Virus record (IMG/VR): IMGVR_UViG_3300016476_000279
Coordinates: 1 to 49,574 of that record
DNA: 49,574 nucleotides
DNA from: a virus
Lineage: Duplodnaviria > Caudoviricetes
Strand: one strand, 5' to 3'
Part shown: positions 20,968-29,063 of the stretch, one piece after another
How positions within the stretch are numbered: the stretch's first letter is position 1
How the letters are laid out: every line of letters starts with the position of its first letter
Position numbers and translations under genes: made by a program
Notes under the pieces: generated by a model
The model's database searches: none
The model's input: only the letters and a program-made list of their open reading frames with translations
What the model was told of the DNA's origin: nothing

Positions 20968-20975
20968 GGACTATT

Positions 20976-21254
20976 ATGCCACGTAAAGGTGAATTTAAAA
21001 AGAACGCTAAGAAGGAATCTCTTCGTAAGCGAGAATACAATGCCACTGAGCAGCAGAAGGAACGTAGGGCTAGCCGAAATGCTGCTAGGGCTAAGATGGT
21101 AAAGGAAGGTAAAGCGAGGAAGGGGGATGGTAAAGACGTAGATCATAAGAATATGAATGCGAAAGACAATCGCTCTTCTAATCTACAGGTGGTGGATAAG
21201 TCTAAGAATCGTGCTAAAAACAAACAGCATCTAGGATATAAGGGAAAGAAATAA
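20976..21254 (+). CDS. Small basic HNH-like protein
   Basis: GDGKDVDHK...N..SNL......NR pattern. Confidence 0.65.
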   Translation: MPRKGEFKKNAKKESLRKREYNATEQQKERRASRNAARAKMVKEGKARKGDGKDVDHKNMNAKDNRSSNLQVVDKSKNRAKNKQHLGYKGKK

Positions 21255-21388
21255 TGCCAGTAAATAAATCTATGATGAAAGCCATGCAGAAAGAATATGG
21301 CAAAGAAAAAGGTAAATCTGTTTACTATGCTGTAGAGGCTAAGCAGAAAGCTAAAGCTAAAACTAAACCTACTAAGAAGAAAAAATGA
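21254..21388 (+). CDS. Small Lys-rich protein (44 aa, not in the ORF track)
   Basis: MPVNKSMMKAMQKEYGKEKGKSVYYAVEAKQK...; overlaps both neighbours (TAATG and ATGA). Confidence 0.65.
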   Translation: MPVNKSMMKAMQKEYGKEKGKSVYYAVEAKQKAKAKTKPTKKKK

Positions 21389-22131
21389 ACTCCATCAATG
21401 ATGAAGTTTATGAATGGGTTGGTAATAAGAATAGATGGTTTAATGCTGATCTAGAACTTCTAATTGCTAGAGGAAAGATTCCTGATTATAGTACGCTAAA
21501 CATTTACGGTTATCAGCCGTTAGTTGCAACATCCTTTATTCCTATATGGGAGAATGCGACAGAGTATACTTTCCCGTCTTCAGCTATTACTATGTATCTC
21601 TCTAGCACTAACGGAGATACTTCTTCTATTCTTATTAACGGCCTAGACTTAAATTATGCCCCAATCTCTGAGACACTTTCACTAACAGGAACTACTCCGG
21701 TTCCTACCGTTAAACAATATTTGCGTATTAACTCTATGCAAGTAGTGGCAGGAAATCCTGCAGGAACTGTATCTCTTAAAGATATTTCTGGAACTCCTAT
21801 ATTTGCTCAGATCGCTGTAGGGGTCGGACGTACTCAAGCAGCTATTTATACAGTACCTGCTGGATATACGTTCTTCCTTAAGCGAGTTAACATCTACACT
21901 TCACTTAACGGTAATAATCACGTTGTCTATCGTAATAGAACAAGCAATCCAGCTGGTCTAGTACAATTGACACAGCAAGCACCTTTCCCTGTTTCGTATG
22001 AAGCTGTTCGTATTATGCCTCGTCCTTTCGTAGAAAAGACAGACATTCAATTACAATGTGCTTTACAATCTGGAACAGGAGCTATAGGAATTTCTCAAGA
22101 AGGTTATCTAATAAAAAATACAGTTGAATAA
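21385..22131 (+). CDS. Hypothetical protein, possibly structural
   Basis: 248 aa beta-rich ORF; last gene of the + strand arm. Confidence 0.65.
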   Translation: MNSINDEVYEWVGNKNRWFNADLELLIARGKIPDYSTLNIYGYQPLVATSFIPIWENATEYTFPSSAITMYLSSTNGDTSSILINGLDLNYAPISETLSLTGTTPVPTVKQYLRINSMQVVAGNPAGTVSLKDISGTPIFAQIAVGVGRTQAAIYTVPAGYTFFLKRVNIYTSLNGNNHVVYRNRTSNPAGLVQLTQQAPFPVSYEAVRIMPRPFVEKTDIQLQCALQSGTGAIGISQEGYLIKNTVE

Positions 22132-22176
22132 AAAATAGCCCCCTAGGACTTATCATCTTAGGGGGCTTTTCTTTTT
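22131..22176. terminator. Bidirectional intrinsic terminator
   Basis: Stem AGCCCCCTAGGA / TCTTAGGGGGCT flanked by A and T runs, between convergent genes. Confidence 0.9.
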
Positions 22177-22843
22177 ACAGCTTATCAAATGCTTTAATCC
22201 ACATAGCACAAATATCTGAACGTACAATATCTTTGTATGTGAATTCTACAACAGGAACTGGAAGTGAAAATCTATTCACGAGCCCAATAACTGTTTTCAA
22301 TCCTGAACTAACATTCAAATCACTCTGTTGAATATCTCCATTAATAACTACATGGGAATTTTCCCCGATACGAGTGAGAAACATCTTCATCTCTTGGGGA
22401 GTAGTATTCTGAGCTTCATCAAGAATAACATAAGAGTTATTGAATGTACGGCCCCTCATCACCTCAAACGGAACAATGTCAATACTTCCGTTCTTCATAG
22501 CTATGTCAAACTCAGCAGCTCCTAAGTATTCCCTAATAACATCTGTAAAAGGAATTACCCAAGGAGCAATCTTCTCTTCCATACTTCCCGGTAGAAATCC
22601 TAGACTACGCCCTGCAGGAACATTAGGGCGTGTCAGAACAATCTTAGAAATATGTTTAGCCTTAAGAGCATTAGCAGCAACAGCAGAGGCCAGATATGTT
22701 TTACCTGTACCAGCACATCCCATAACAATCACTTGTGGTGAATTATATAGATGTAAAAGGTATTCTTGCTGTTTATCAGTCTTAGGGACTATAGGACGAA
22801 TCTGTATAGGATTCTTAATTTGATATTTAGATTTATTTTTCAA
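22175..22843 (-). CDS. phoH: PhoH-like ATPase
   Basis: GCAGTGKT, LGFLPGS, MRGRTF, ILDEAQN and GDIQQSD. Confidence 0.95.
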   Translation of the reverse strand: MKNKSKYQIKNPIQIRPIVPKTDKQQEYLLHLYNSPQVIVMGCAGTGKTYLASAVAANALKAKHISKIVLTRPNVPAGRSLGFLPGSMEEKIAPWVIPFTDVIREYLGAAEFDIAMKNGSIDIVPFEVMRGRTFNNSYVILDEAQNTTPQEMKMFLTRIGENSHVVINGDIQQSDLNVSSGLKTVIGLVNRFSLPVPVVEFTYKDIVRSDICAMWIKAFDKL

Positions 22844-22861
22844 TTAAGTCTCTTATAAATC

Positions 22862-24871
22862 TTAACGTACAGGGCAAACACCGCCAACACAATCATCTTC
22901 GATAGGCGCATCAATATCGTTAGACTTATCGAGTTCAATAGGCTGAATATTAGCCGCATACTCCTCATATACTTCTTTCGTTACAACTTCCTGTGGCAAA
23001 TAAAGATAGCCAAGATCTTTAGCAGTCTTTGTGGGATCTGCTCGGAATAGGAAGGATACACCTACATACGTATCCCAATTCTCTATTAGCCAATCAATAA
23101 TATCTTGAGCTTCATCTGCAGAATAACTAATAGTTGCAGATACATTCTGTTGACACCAATTCTGCATCAACATCTTGTATCGTTCCAACTGGCTAACTGC
23201 ACTCTCCAGATTTACTTCCAAAGTCTTACCTTCTCGTTCCACTTTATCAAATGGAACATCTTCCCATTTGACAGGGAATGTAATCAATACAGCAGAAGGG
23301 TCTACAGGATTATCAATTACTTTATAGCCTGCAGAACGACATAGAGGAACTAATGGATCGTATTTACCAAAGTTCACATTATTGAAGATATATTTACCAA
23401 GGGGTTTGTGTACTCCCTCTGTCGTATCCATGACCTTAGAGAGTGTACCAGAGGGCTTAACGGTAGTGACATTCTTGGGGCGAGGGAGCCCAAGCTCATC
23501 AGCCATGCCATAAGCTCCTGATGTTGCTGTACGCTGAAGTTCAGCATAATCGTAGGCGTGAAGGTCGGGTCGTCTAACGATGCCTGTAAGTCCAACACCA
23601 CAGAGTCTGAGGAACTCGTTATTGAGATGCCATGCCTCTTGGAGGATTCCATCAAGAAGATTGACACAGGTTTGTCGGTAGTTAGCTCTAGCAGCAATAT
23701 AGATAGCTCGTCTAAGTCCTGCGCTATCTCCTTTGAACTTTGCAACATCCACCTCCGTCAGATTACAGAAACTCTTATTACCTAGCAAAATCTCAGCACA
23801 AGGATTTACGCCTTTAAACCAAGGAGCTCTACGTGCTGCTGTAGCTCCGTTGATAAAGCCGGGCTCACTACCGCCAGACTCAATCATCAAATTGAAGATG
23901 TGTTCAAGTTCCTTACGAGAAGGCTTTTGTTTAAACAATAGAGAATTATTGCTCTGAGCTCTTTGTACGTTATCAACCCACCAGTTATTCTTTGCTATCG
24001 CAAACTCTTCCCATTCATCTTCACCATATTCGAATAGCGCGATTTCAGCAGAACGGCGGGAGCTAAGAACAGTTCCAAGCCAATTGACAACATCAAGAAT
24101 ATCAATGCGAGTGAGAAGAGAACCGGCCCTACGATTAAGTATATTGTAAATTTCTTTATAGGCGTTAGCGATTGATTCATCTCCCGAAGAAATCCAGCCA
24201 TATCCTTTTAGCCTTTCTCCTGCCGGTCTGATTTGCGAGAAATCGAGTATAAGTTTATTGGCGGGAAACTTATGGGAAACCAGTTTGCCAATAGATTTAC
24301 TCCACGCTTCAGCGGAGTCTCCAACTCTGATTGTCCACGCTCCTGTTTCTGGATCGTAGAGTTCTGTGTTTTCTTGATCTCCATTTTTATCTGTCCTTGT
24401 AGATCGAATAATTTCCAGTTCTGGAATAGGCTTTTGGAAACCTGTGAGTTGCCCAACAATAGGTCGAAAACCTACACCACAACCTTGCATAAGGAGCCAG
24501 AGAACGTCTACAACATCGTATACAGTTTCTACATGGGTGAAGCTACAATTAAACTGGGAGGCTTCTCGACGCATTGCTACGTCAGTTCCTCCAAGCCAGA
24601 GAGTACGTCCTGATGTTAGAACCTTTCGTTCCATCATCAAAGAACGGAGCTCTCGAAGTTCATCATATGCTTTAGCAGGAAGGATATCTACATTAGATGC
24701 TCGTTCCCAGAGCCAAGCTTGATGATCGATGACACGATCTACTGTCTCGTCCCAAGATTCAAACTTAATCCCTTTCTCATCCAAAGGACGATTGTAAGTA
24801 CGTCGGGTGATTAGTTGACTACGTAGTGATGCTTGATTTATAATATTCTCCTTAGTTTCGGTCAATAGCAA
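22862..24871 (-). CDS. nrdJ: Class II (adenosylcobalamin-dependent) ribonucleotide reductase
   Basis: SGRTLW, FNCSF, GCGVGF, NPCAEI, FCNLTE, TTVKPSGT and C-terminal CVGGVCP; no beta subunit gene nearby. Confidence 0.92.
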   Translation of the reverse strand: MLLTETKENIINQASLRSQLITRRTYNRPLDEKGIKFESWDETVDRVIDHQAWLWERASNVDILPAKAYDELRELRSLMMERKVLTSGRTLWLGGTDVAMRREASQFNCSFTHVETVYDVVDVLWLLMQGCGVGFRPIVGQLTGFQKPIPELEIIRSTRTDKNGDQENTELYDPETGAWTIRVGDSAEAWSKSIGKLVSHKFPANKLILDFSQIRPAGERLKGYGWISSGDESIANAYKEIYNILNRRAGSLLTRIDILDVVNWLGTVLSSRRSAEIALFEYGEDEWEEFAIAKNNWWVDNVQRAQSNNSLLFKQKPSRKELEHIFNLMIESGGSEPGFINGATAARRAPWFKGVNPCAEILLGNKSFCNLTEVDVAKFKGDSAGLRRAIYIAARANYRQTCVNLLDGILQEAWHLNNEFLRLCGVGLTGIVRRPDLHAYDYAELQRTATSGAYGMADELGLPRPKNVTTVKPSGTLSKVMDTTEGVHKPLGKYIFNNVNFGKYDPLVPLCRSAGYKVIDNPVDPSAVLITFPVKWEDVPFDKVEREGKTLEVNLESAVSQLERYKMLMQNWCQQNVSATISYSADEAQDIIDWLIENWDTYVGVSFLFRADPTKTAKDLGYLYLPQEVVTKEVYEEYAANIQPIELDKSNDIDAPIEDDCVGGVCPVR

Positions 24872-25595
24872 TTGGTTCTTTTACTGCTTCAGATTTTTTA
24901 TTACGGCTCCATGTGCCACAATCATTACATTGATATCGTTGATATTTACCCATAGCTGTGAATGAGAACCCTCTACGTTGTAGATGTTCACTTCCACAAT
25001 TAGGACAAACTTCTCCTTTATCGTCATGCACTCCGTGATTAGGATGGTTCTTAATCCACGGAAGAAGTTTCTTATATACACCCTCAAGAATAATAACATC
25101 GTTTACATTGTATTCTTCCATGGTGCGCCATGCTTTCTCGTCTCCAGCTAAGCATTGAATCCAAAGCTCGTGTCCAGCATGTTTAACTTTCTCTCCCACC
25201 TTGAGAACTTTAGCTACGTAATCAAGTTTATTAGAAGGAAACTTAAACTGAGCTCGCGCTGTCTTCAGCAAATCAATTTGCTTATACGTAGCAGGAGGTA
25301 GCATTCCATGCAACAAGAATTCCTTATTCAGTGTAGGAATATCAAATCGAGAGCCGTTGTAATGAATAACAGCATCTGCTTCTTCCAGAAGCTTATGAAT
25401 ACCGTTAAGCATCTTCTTAGATCCAGAGAGATTTACTGAATCATAAAATACTCGATCTTCACCAAACCATTTAGCTGACCAACACATTACATAACCAGCA
25501 TCTAAGATTTGATTAATAGCTACGTTCTGTTTCCACAATCCCCATACATGTACTACATTAGGAGCTGTCTCAATGTCCAATAAGAGCAGTTTCAT
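24852..25595 (-). CDS. DEDD/RNase H-like exonuclease with C-terminal Zn ribbon
   Basis: LDIET, YNGSRFD, YNVNDV, and CPNCGS...CNDCG. Confidence 0.85.
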   Translation of the reverse strand: MKLLLLDIETAPNVVHVWGLWKQNVAINQILDAGYVMCWSAKWFGEDRVFYDSVNLSGSKKMLNGIHKLLEEADAVIHYNGSRFDIPTLNKEFLLHGMLPPATYKQIDLLKTARAQFKFPSNKLDYVAKVLKVGEKVKHAGHELWIQCLAGDEKAWRTMEEYNVNDVIILEGVYKKLLPWIKNHPNHGVHDDKGEVCPNCGSEHLQRRGFSFTAMGKYQRYQCNDCGTWSRNKKSEAVKEPIAIDRN

Positions 25596-25803
25596 TCACA
25601 TGTCCAATAGTAAAATTATTATCAGTATCTATAGCGTTACGTACCACCATGAAATCTATAAGAGCTTCCTTATCTGACTCATAAGGATAGCCCTCCATTT
25701 CTCCCATAAATCTTTGAACTTCAATTGCTTCTTCTGTCTCTATAGAACAAGACACTTGTACGTGAGGGTATTCAGGAAGAAACGGTTCTTTCCATACAAT
25801 CAT
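25570..25803 (-). CDS. Hypothetical protein
   Basis: 77 aa ORF overlapping both neighbours; GGAG RBS. Confidence 0.6.
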   Translation of the reverse strand: MIVWKEPFLPEYPHVQVSCSIETEEAIEVQRFMGEMEGYPYESDKEALIDFMVVRNAIDTDNNFTIGHVNETALIGH

Positions 25804-26474
25804 TTATTCTCCAATAGGGCTGAAAACGAGAAGGGGAACAATGGCATAACTAAGTCCCTAATCTTCTCAGCTACAACACGAGATTCATATTGTGTATGAG
25901 GATCTAGCCTAAGCTTAAGCATATCTGCATATGCACCTAGTGTTCCGCTCCATATCCATTCAGTCATCATATTCTGTGGCAATATCATTCTAGCTTGTTC
26001 CGGACAAACATTAGCACGAAGCATGTCGAGATATATACCCAATGCTACTTCGGTTTGAATATTTACTACCTCATCTACTGTCTGGTCTAAAGCATATGGC
26101 TCGTGTAAATAAAGCCATTCCACAGTTTCTTCAGAGCTTCCTTGCTTTACATTATCTGCCTTCTTACGCCACGATTCAGGAATATAGAACTCAGGTTCTT
26201 CATCTACATATCGACGAGACACTTCGTTCCAAGGCATAAACTTATGTTTAACCAATTGCCTAGCTACGAAGATAGGAGCTTTAACTCTTGTTGTAATAAA
26301 CGTATGATTGAATGGCGAGAAGTGTTTATGTTTAGCTAGATATTGAATTAGCTTAACATCCCCTTCTTTAAACTCTTGACTAATCTTATGGAAAGAAACC
26401 CTAGCAGCATTTACTACGCTAAGATCATTTCCCATAAAATTTACTAATGACACTTCGATATTACTTATCTTCAT
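25800..26474 (-). CDS. thyX: Flavin-dependent thymidylate synthase
   Basis: AARVSF, HFSPF, PIFVARQLVKH, NEVSRRY, EQARMILP and HTQYE. Confidence 0.95.
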   Translation of the reverse strand: MKISNIEVSLVNFMGNDLSVVNAARVSFHKISQEFKEGDVKLIQYLAKHKHFSPFNHTFITTRVKAPIFVARQLVKHKFMPWNEVSRRYVDEEPEFYIPESWRKKADNVKQGSSEETVEWLYLHEPYALDQTVDEVVNIQTEVALGIYLDMLRANVCPEQARMILPQNMMTEWIWSGTLGAYADMLKLRLDPHTQYESRVVAEKIRDLVMPLFPFSFSALLENK

Positions 26475-26787
26475 CAGGTTTCCATGTATCGTCCAAATCC
26501 GGCCTAGTCTTCATATTGTTAGACAGAAACATCCAGCAGCATCCAACATGATCTATATGCGGAAGACCAGATTCTGGGTCAATATGTTCGCCACGCAATA
26601 TAGCAAATATATGACGAAGCAAAGCAGCAATGAGGCGGCTATTAGAAATTCCGTTACGCCAATTGTGTGCAGCATATTTGTTCGCTCCGAAGGTGAGGAC
26701 TGTTGCCAGTCCCTCCAGAGCTTTAGCATCGAGTAAGTCCATTCGAGGCTTTTCTTGGTCATACTTAAGTCCTATCTCTTTAACCAT
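26461..26787 (-). CDS. dATP/dGTP diphosphohydrolase-like protein (DUF5664 type)
   Basis: GLKYDQEKPRMDLL, FGANKYAAHNW and DPESGLPHIDH; start placed at the ATG following GGAG. Confidence 0.8.
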   Translation of the reverse strand: MVKEIGLKYDQEKPRMDLLDAKALEGLATVLTFGANKYAAHNWRNGISNSRLIAALLRHIFAILRGEHIDPESGLPHIDHVGCCWMFLSNNMKTRPDLDDTWKPDEDK

Positions 26788-26818
26788 AAGACGCTCCATT
26801 AATTCATTAAATCCTTGT

Positions 26819-27064
26819 TCAAGCGAGTTCAAAGCCACGACTATTCATACTCTCTACGAAAGCAGCTCGTACCGCTAGACGTTCGTCTTCAGGGATAGAA
26901 CTGAAATATCCTAGAACCAATGACACACCTTTTGGAGAGAGTTTGTTTTCTCGCATATTGTCTTGACTAATATTAGCGAGAACAGTTGCTCGATTGCGGA
27001 TACGTACTTCTTTATCCATTACATCGCTGAACAGGGCAAAACCTTTGTAATTATCTTGAATCAT
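26819..27064 (-). CDS. Hypothetical protein
   Basis: 81 aa ORF coupled to the upstream gene. Confidence 0.6.
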   Translation of the reverse strand: MIQDNYKGFALFSDVMDKEVRIRNRATVLANISQDNMRENKLSPKGVSLVLGYFSSIPEDERLAVRAAFVESMNSRGFELA

Positions 27065-27450
27065 TTAGTGGTTTTTCTTTCTTCGTTTTCTGATTTAGTT
27101 ACTTCTTTGTGGCAAGGCTTACATAGAACTTCTAATCCGTCAGCCTCACAAAACATTCTAGCAATTACCCCATCCCAAGAATCAAATCCTGAGACGGGTA
27201 CAATAGGCTGTATATGATTTACTTCTACTTCTTTAGCAGGGAAGTCTTCCTTACATTTATTACACTTATAATGCTTAGCCATACGGCCAGTCTTTTGATT
27301 GATTTTAGCTCCGGTACAAGCATTGTTAAGTGTTTCATATTTAGGAGGCCATCTCTGAGAAGCATTCCTCAGGGCAGATTTGATAAATGAATTATATCTA
27401 GCCTGAGTCCATTGCCCATTGTTATATGGCTTTACTGGCTTTGTCCCCAT
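27061..27450 (-). CDS. HNH-like endonuclease
   Basis: CNKC...VEVNHIQP...LEVLCKPCH pattern. Confidence 0.8.
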   Translation of the reverse strand: MGTKPVKPYNNGQWTQARYNSFIKSALRNASQRWPPKYETLNNACTGAKINQKTGRMAKHYKCNKCKEDFPAKEVEVNHIQPIVPVSGFDSWDGVIARMFCEADGLEVLCKPCHKEVTKSENEERKTTK

Positions 27451-28214
27451 ATAATCGGGCTCCCATCTTCTCTGAGCTTCCTCACCATATAGAGGAGCCT
27501 TCCTTGCTCAATCATTTCCTTATAGGCAGTAAGCCCATAGGTGTCCTTATAAGCCCTGTAGACGGTCTTTAGAGCTTGAGACAGGTCAGTACATGTAGAC
27601 AGTAGATCGAAGGCCTTAACGGGGCCGTAAGACGGCAATCCGGGGACACTGTCGACTACATCTCCTGTTAGCATTTGACAATAGAAGAATAGCATTCCTG
27701 TTCCAGATACTTTCTTTCTATCTTTGCTAAGTTTTAGATATCCTACGTTAGTAACGAGTTCCGGGCCAAACTGGGGCTGGTTTCCCATCTCCCATCCAAA
27801 ATGCCATCCGGGAACTTGTCGTAGATCTTTGTCTCTTGTACAGATGATTGTTTCATCAGGTCTTGCTGTTTGCTCAATTGCCATGAGGTCGTCAGCCTCC
27901 AGCCCTTCGGCAATCCTATAATCATATTTTCCTTGTATATAAGCTTTAAGATTATAATAGTGAAAAGGCTTATGACTTGGCCTGTCTTTGTATTTTTTCT
28001 TCTTAGCTATTTCATTTCTGAAATTGGTCTTGCCTGTTAGATATAGGAGAGGAGGAGCCGTAGCCCCTACCACCCCACATATATTATCTATACGATTGTC
28101 TAGCAGCTTCCCAGCATAGTCAAAAGGAGGAGTTCCCTCTATTTGCCATCCTGTCTCTGCTGCATAACCAATTTCATAAAGAAGAATATCTCCATCAATC
28201 AATGGTTGCATCAA
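27432..28214 (-). CDS. 5'-3' exonuclease (T7 gp6 / flap endonuclease-like)
   Basis: IDGDILLY, NFR, YK, EADD, DKDLRQVPG and GDVVDSVPGL. Confidence 0.9.
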   Translation of the reverse strand: MMQPLIDGDILLYEIGYAAETGWQIEGTPPFDYAGKLLDNRIDNICGVVGATAPPLLYLTGKTNFRNEIAKKKKYKDRPSHKPFHYYNLKAYIQGKYDYRIAEGLEADDLMAIEQTARPDETIICTRDKDLRQVPGWHFGWEMGNQPQFGPELVTNVGYLKLSKDRKKVSGTGMLFFYCQMLTGDVVDSVPGLPSYGPVKAFDLLSTCTDLSQALKTVYRAYKDTYGLTAYKEMIEQGRLLYMVRKLREDGSPIIWGQSQ

Positions 28215-28900
28215 TACGGATTATCTTCATCTTCGCTGTCTTCTTCTTTAGGAGCTTCTCGTTTCTTTTGAGGAGCTTTCTCTGTTTTAGCCTTACCACC
28301 AGAGAATGCAGCTTCCAAAGCACTTCCAGCAAAATTCAGATTAGACTTAATCTTAGTCTGTAGCCATTCTGGTAGAGAGTTAAATACTTCCAAATCAGGA
28401 TTGTCTAAGTCAAAACACTTAGTAGGATTTACCAGTGGCGGACAGTTACCAGCATCACGAGGCCGCATAGCAGCAATATTAGCAACATTTGTATATACCT
28501 TCTCACCAGAGATATTATTTACTAGAGTGACATTAATAGGAGTGTCAAGAGCACGACTAAAATCCCCGTCGAGAGCTCCAGAAGGATCAAGAGCATTATA
28601 TCGCTGAGTACTCTTAGCTTTATCTGCAGCCAAGCCGTAGAAAGGGAGTGTCTCAGATACCCACCGAGGTTTGTCAGTGATTTCGTTTCCATCTTCATCC
28701 ACCATAAAAGCGTCAACTAGTTCGTACGTAAGCATAATTTCCTGTACAGGAGCTTTATCCTTGCCTTGGTACGGCCTTTGTGCTTGCAAGCCAAGATCAA
28801 TAATCTGAACAAGTCGAGCTGGATATACACCGGGCTCAAGAACAGCTTGTTCTACACGATTGCCATTGTTGCCTTGTACTTTTTTAGCATTAAGTCCCAT
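28211..28900 (-). CDS. ssb: Single-stranded DNA-binding protein (putative)
   Basis: GVYPARLVQIIDLGLQ; acidic tail ending in an aromatic residue (EEDSEDEDNPY); located between polymerase and exonuclease. Confidence 0.7.
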   Translation of the reverse strand: MGLNAKKVQGNNGNRVEQAVLEPGVYPARLVQIIDLGLQAQRPYQGKDKAPVQEIMLTYELVDAFMVDEDGNEITDKPRWVSETLPFYGLAADKAKSTQRYNALDPSGALDGDFSRALDTPINVTLVNNISGEKVYTNVANIAAMRPRDAGNCPPLVNPTKCFDLDNPDLEVFNSLPEWLQTKIKSNLNFAGSALEAAFSGGKAKTEKAPQKKREAPKEEDSEDEDNPY

Positions 28901-28910
28901 TTATTATTCC

Positions 28911-29063
28911 TTAGTTAATTTCGTATTTAGATGCTTCAATAAAACTTTCAACAAGCCTGTCACGTTCATTCATAAGCTCATTGATCTGTGTGTCTAGTTG
29001 ATCTAGACGGAATTGCAATACGGTGAGGTAGTCTATCTTCTCACGGTCATCAGTGAATTTCAT
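28911..29063 (-). CDS. Small coiled-coil protein (50 aa, not in the ORF track)
   Basis: MKFTDDREKIDYLTVLQFRLDQLDTQINELMNERDRLVESFIEASKYEIN fills the gap between polymerase and SSB. Confidence 0.55.
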   Translation of the reverse strand: MKFTDDREKIDYLTVLQFRLDQLDTQINELMNERDRLVESFIEASKYEIN

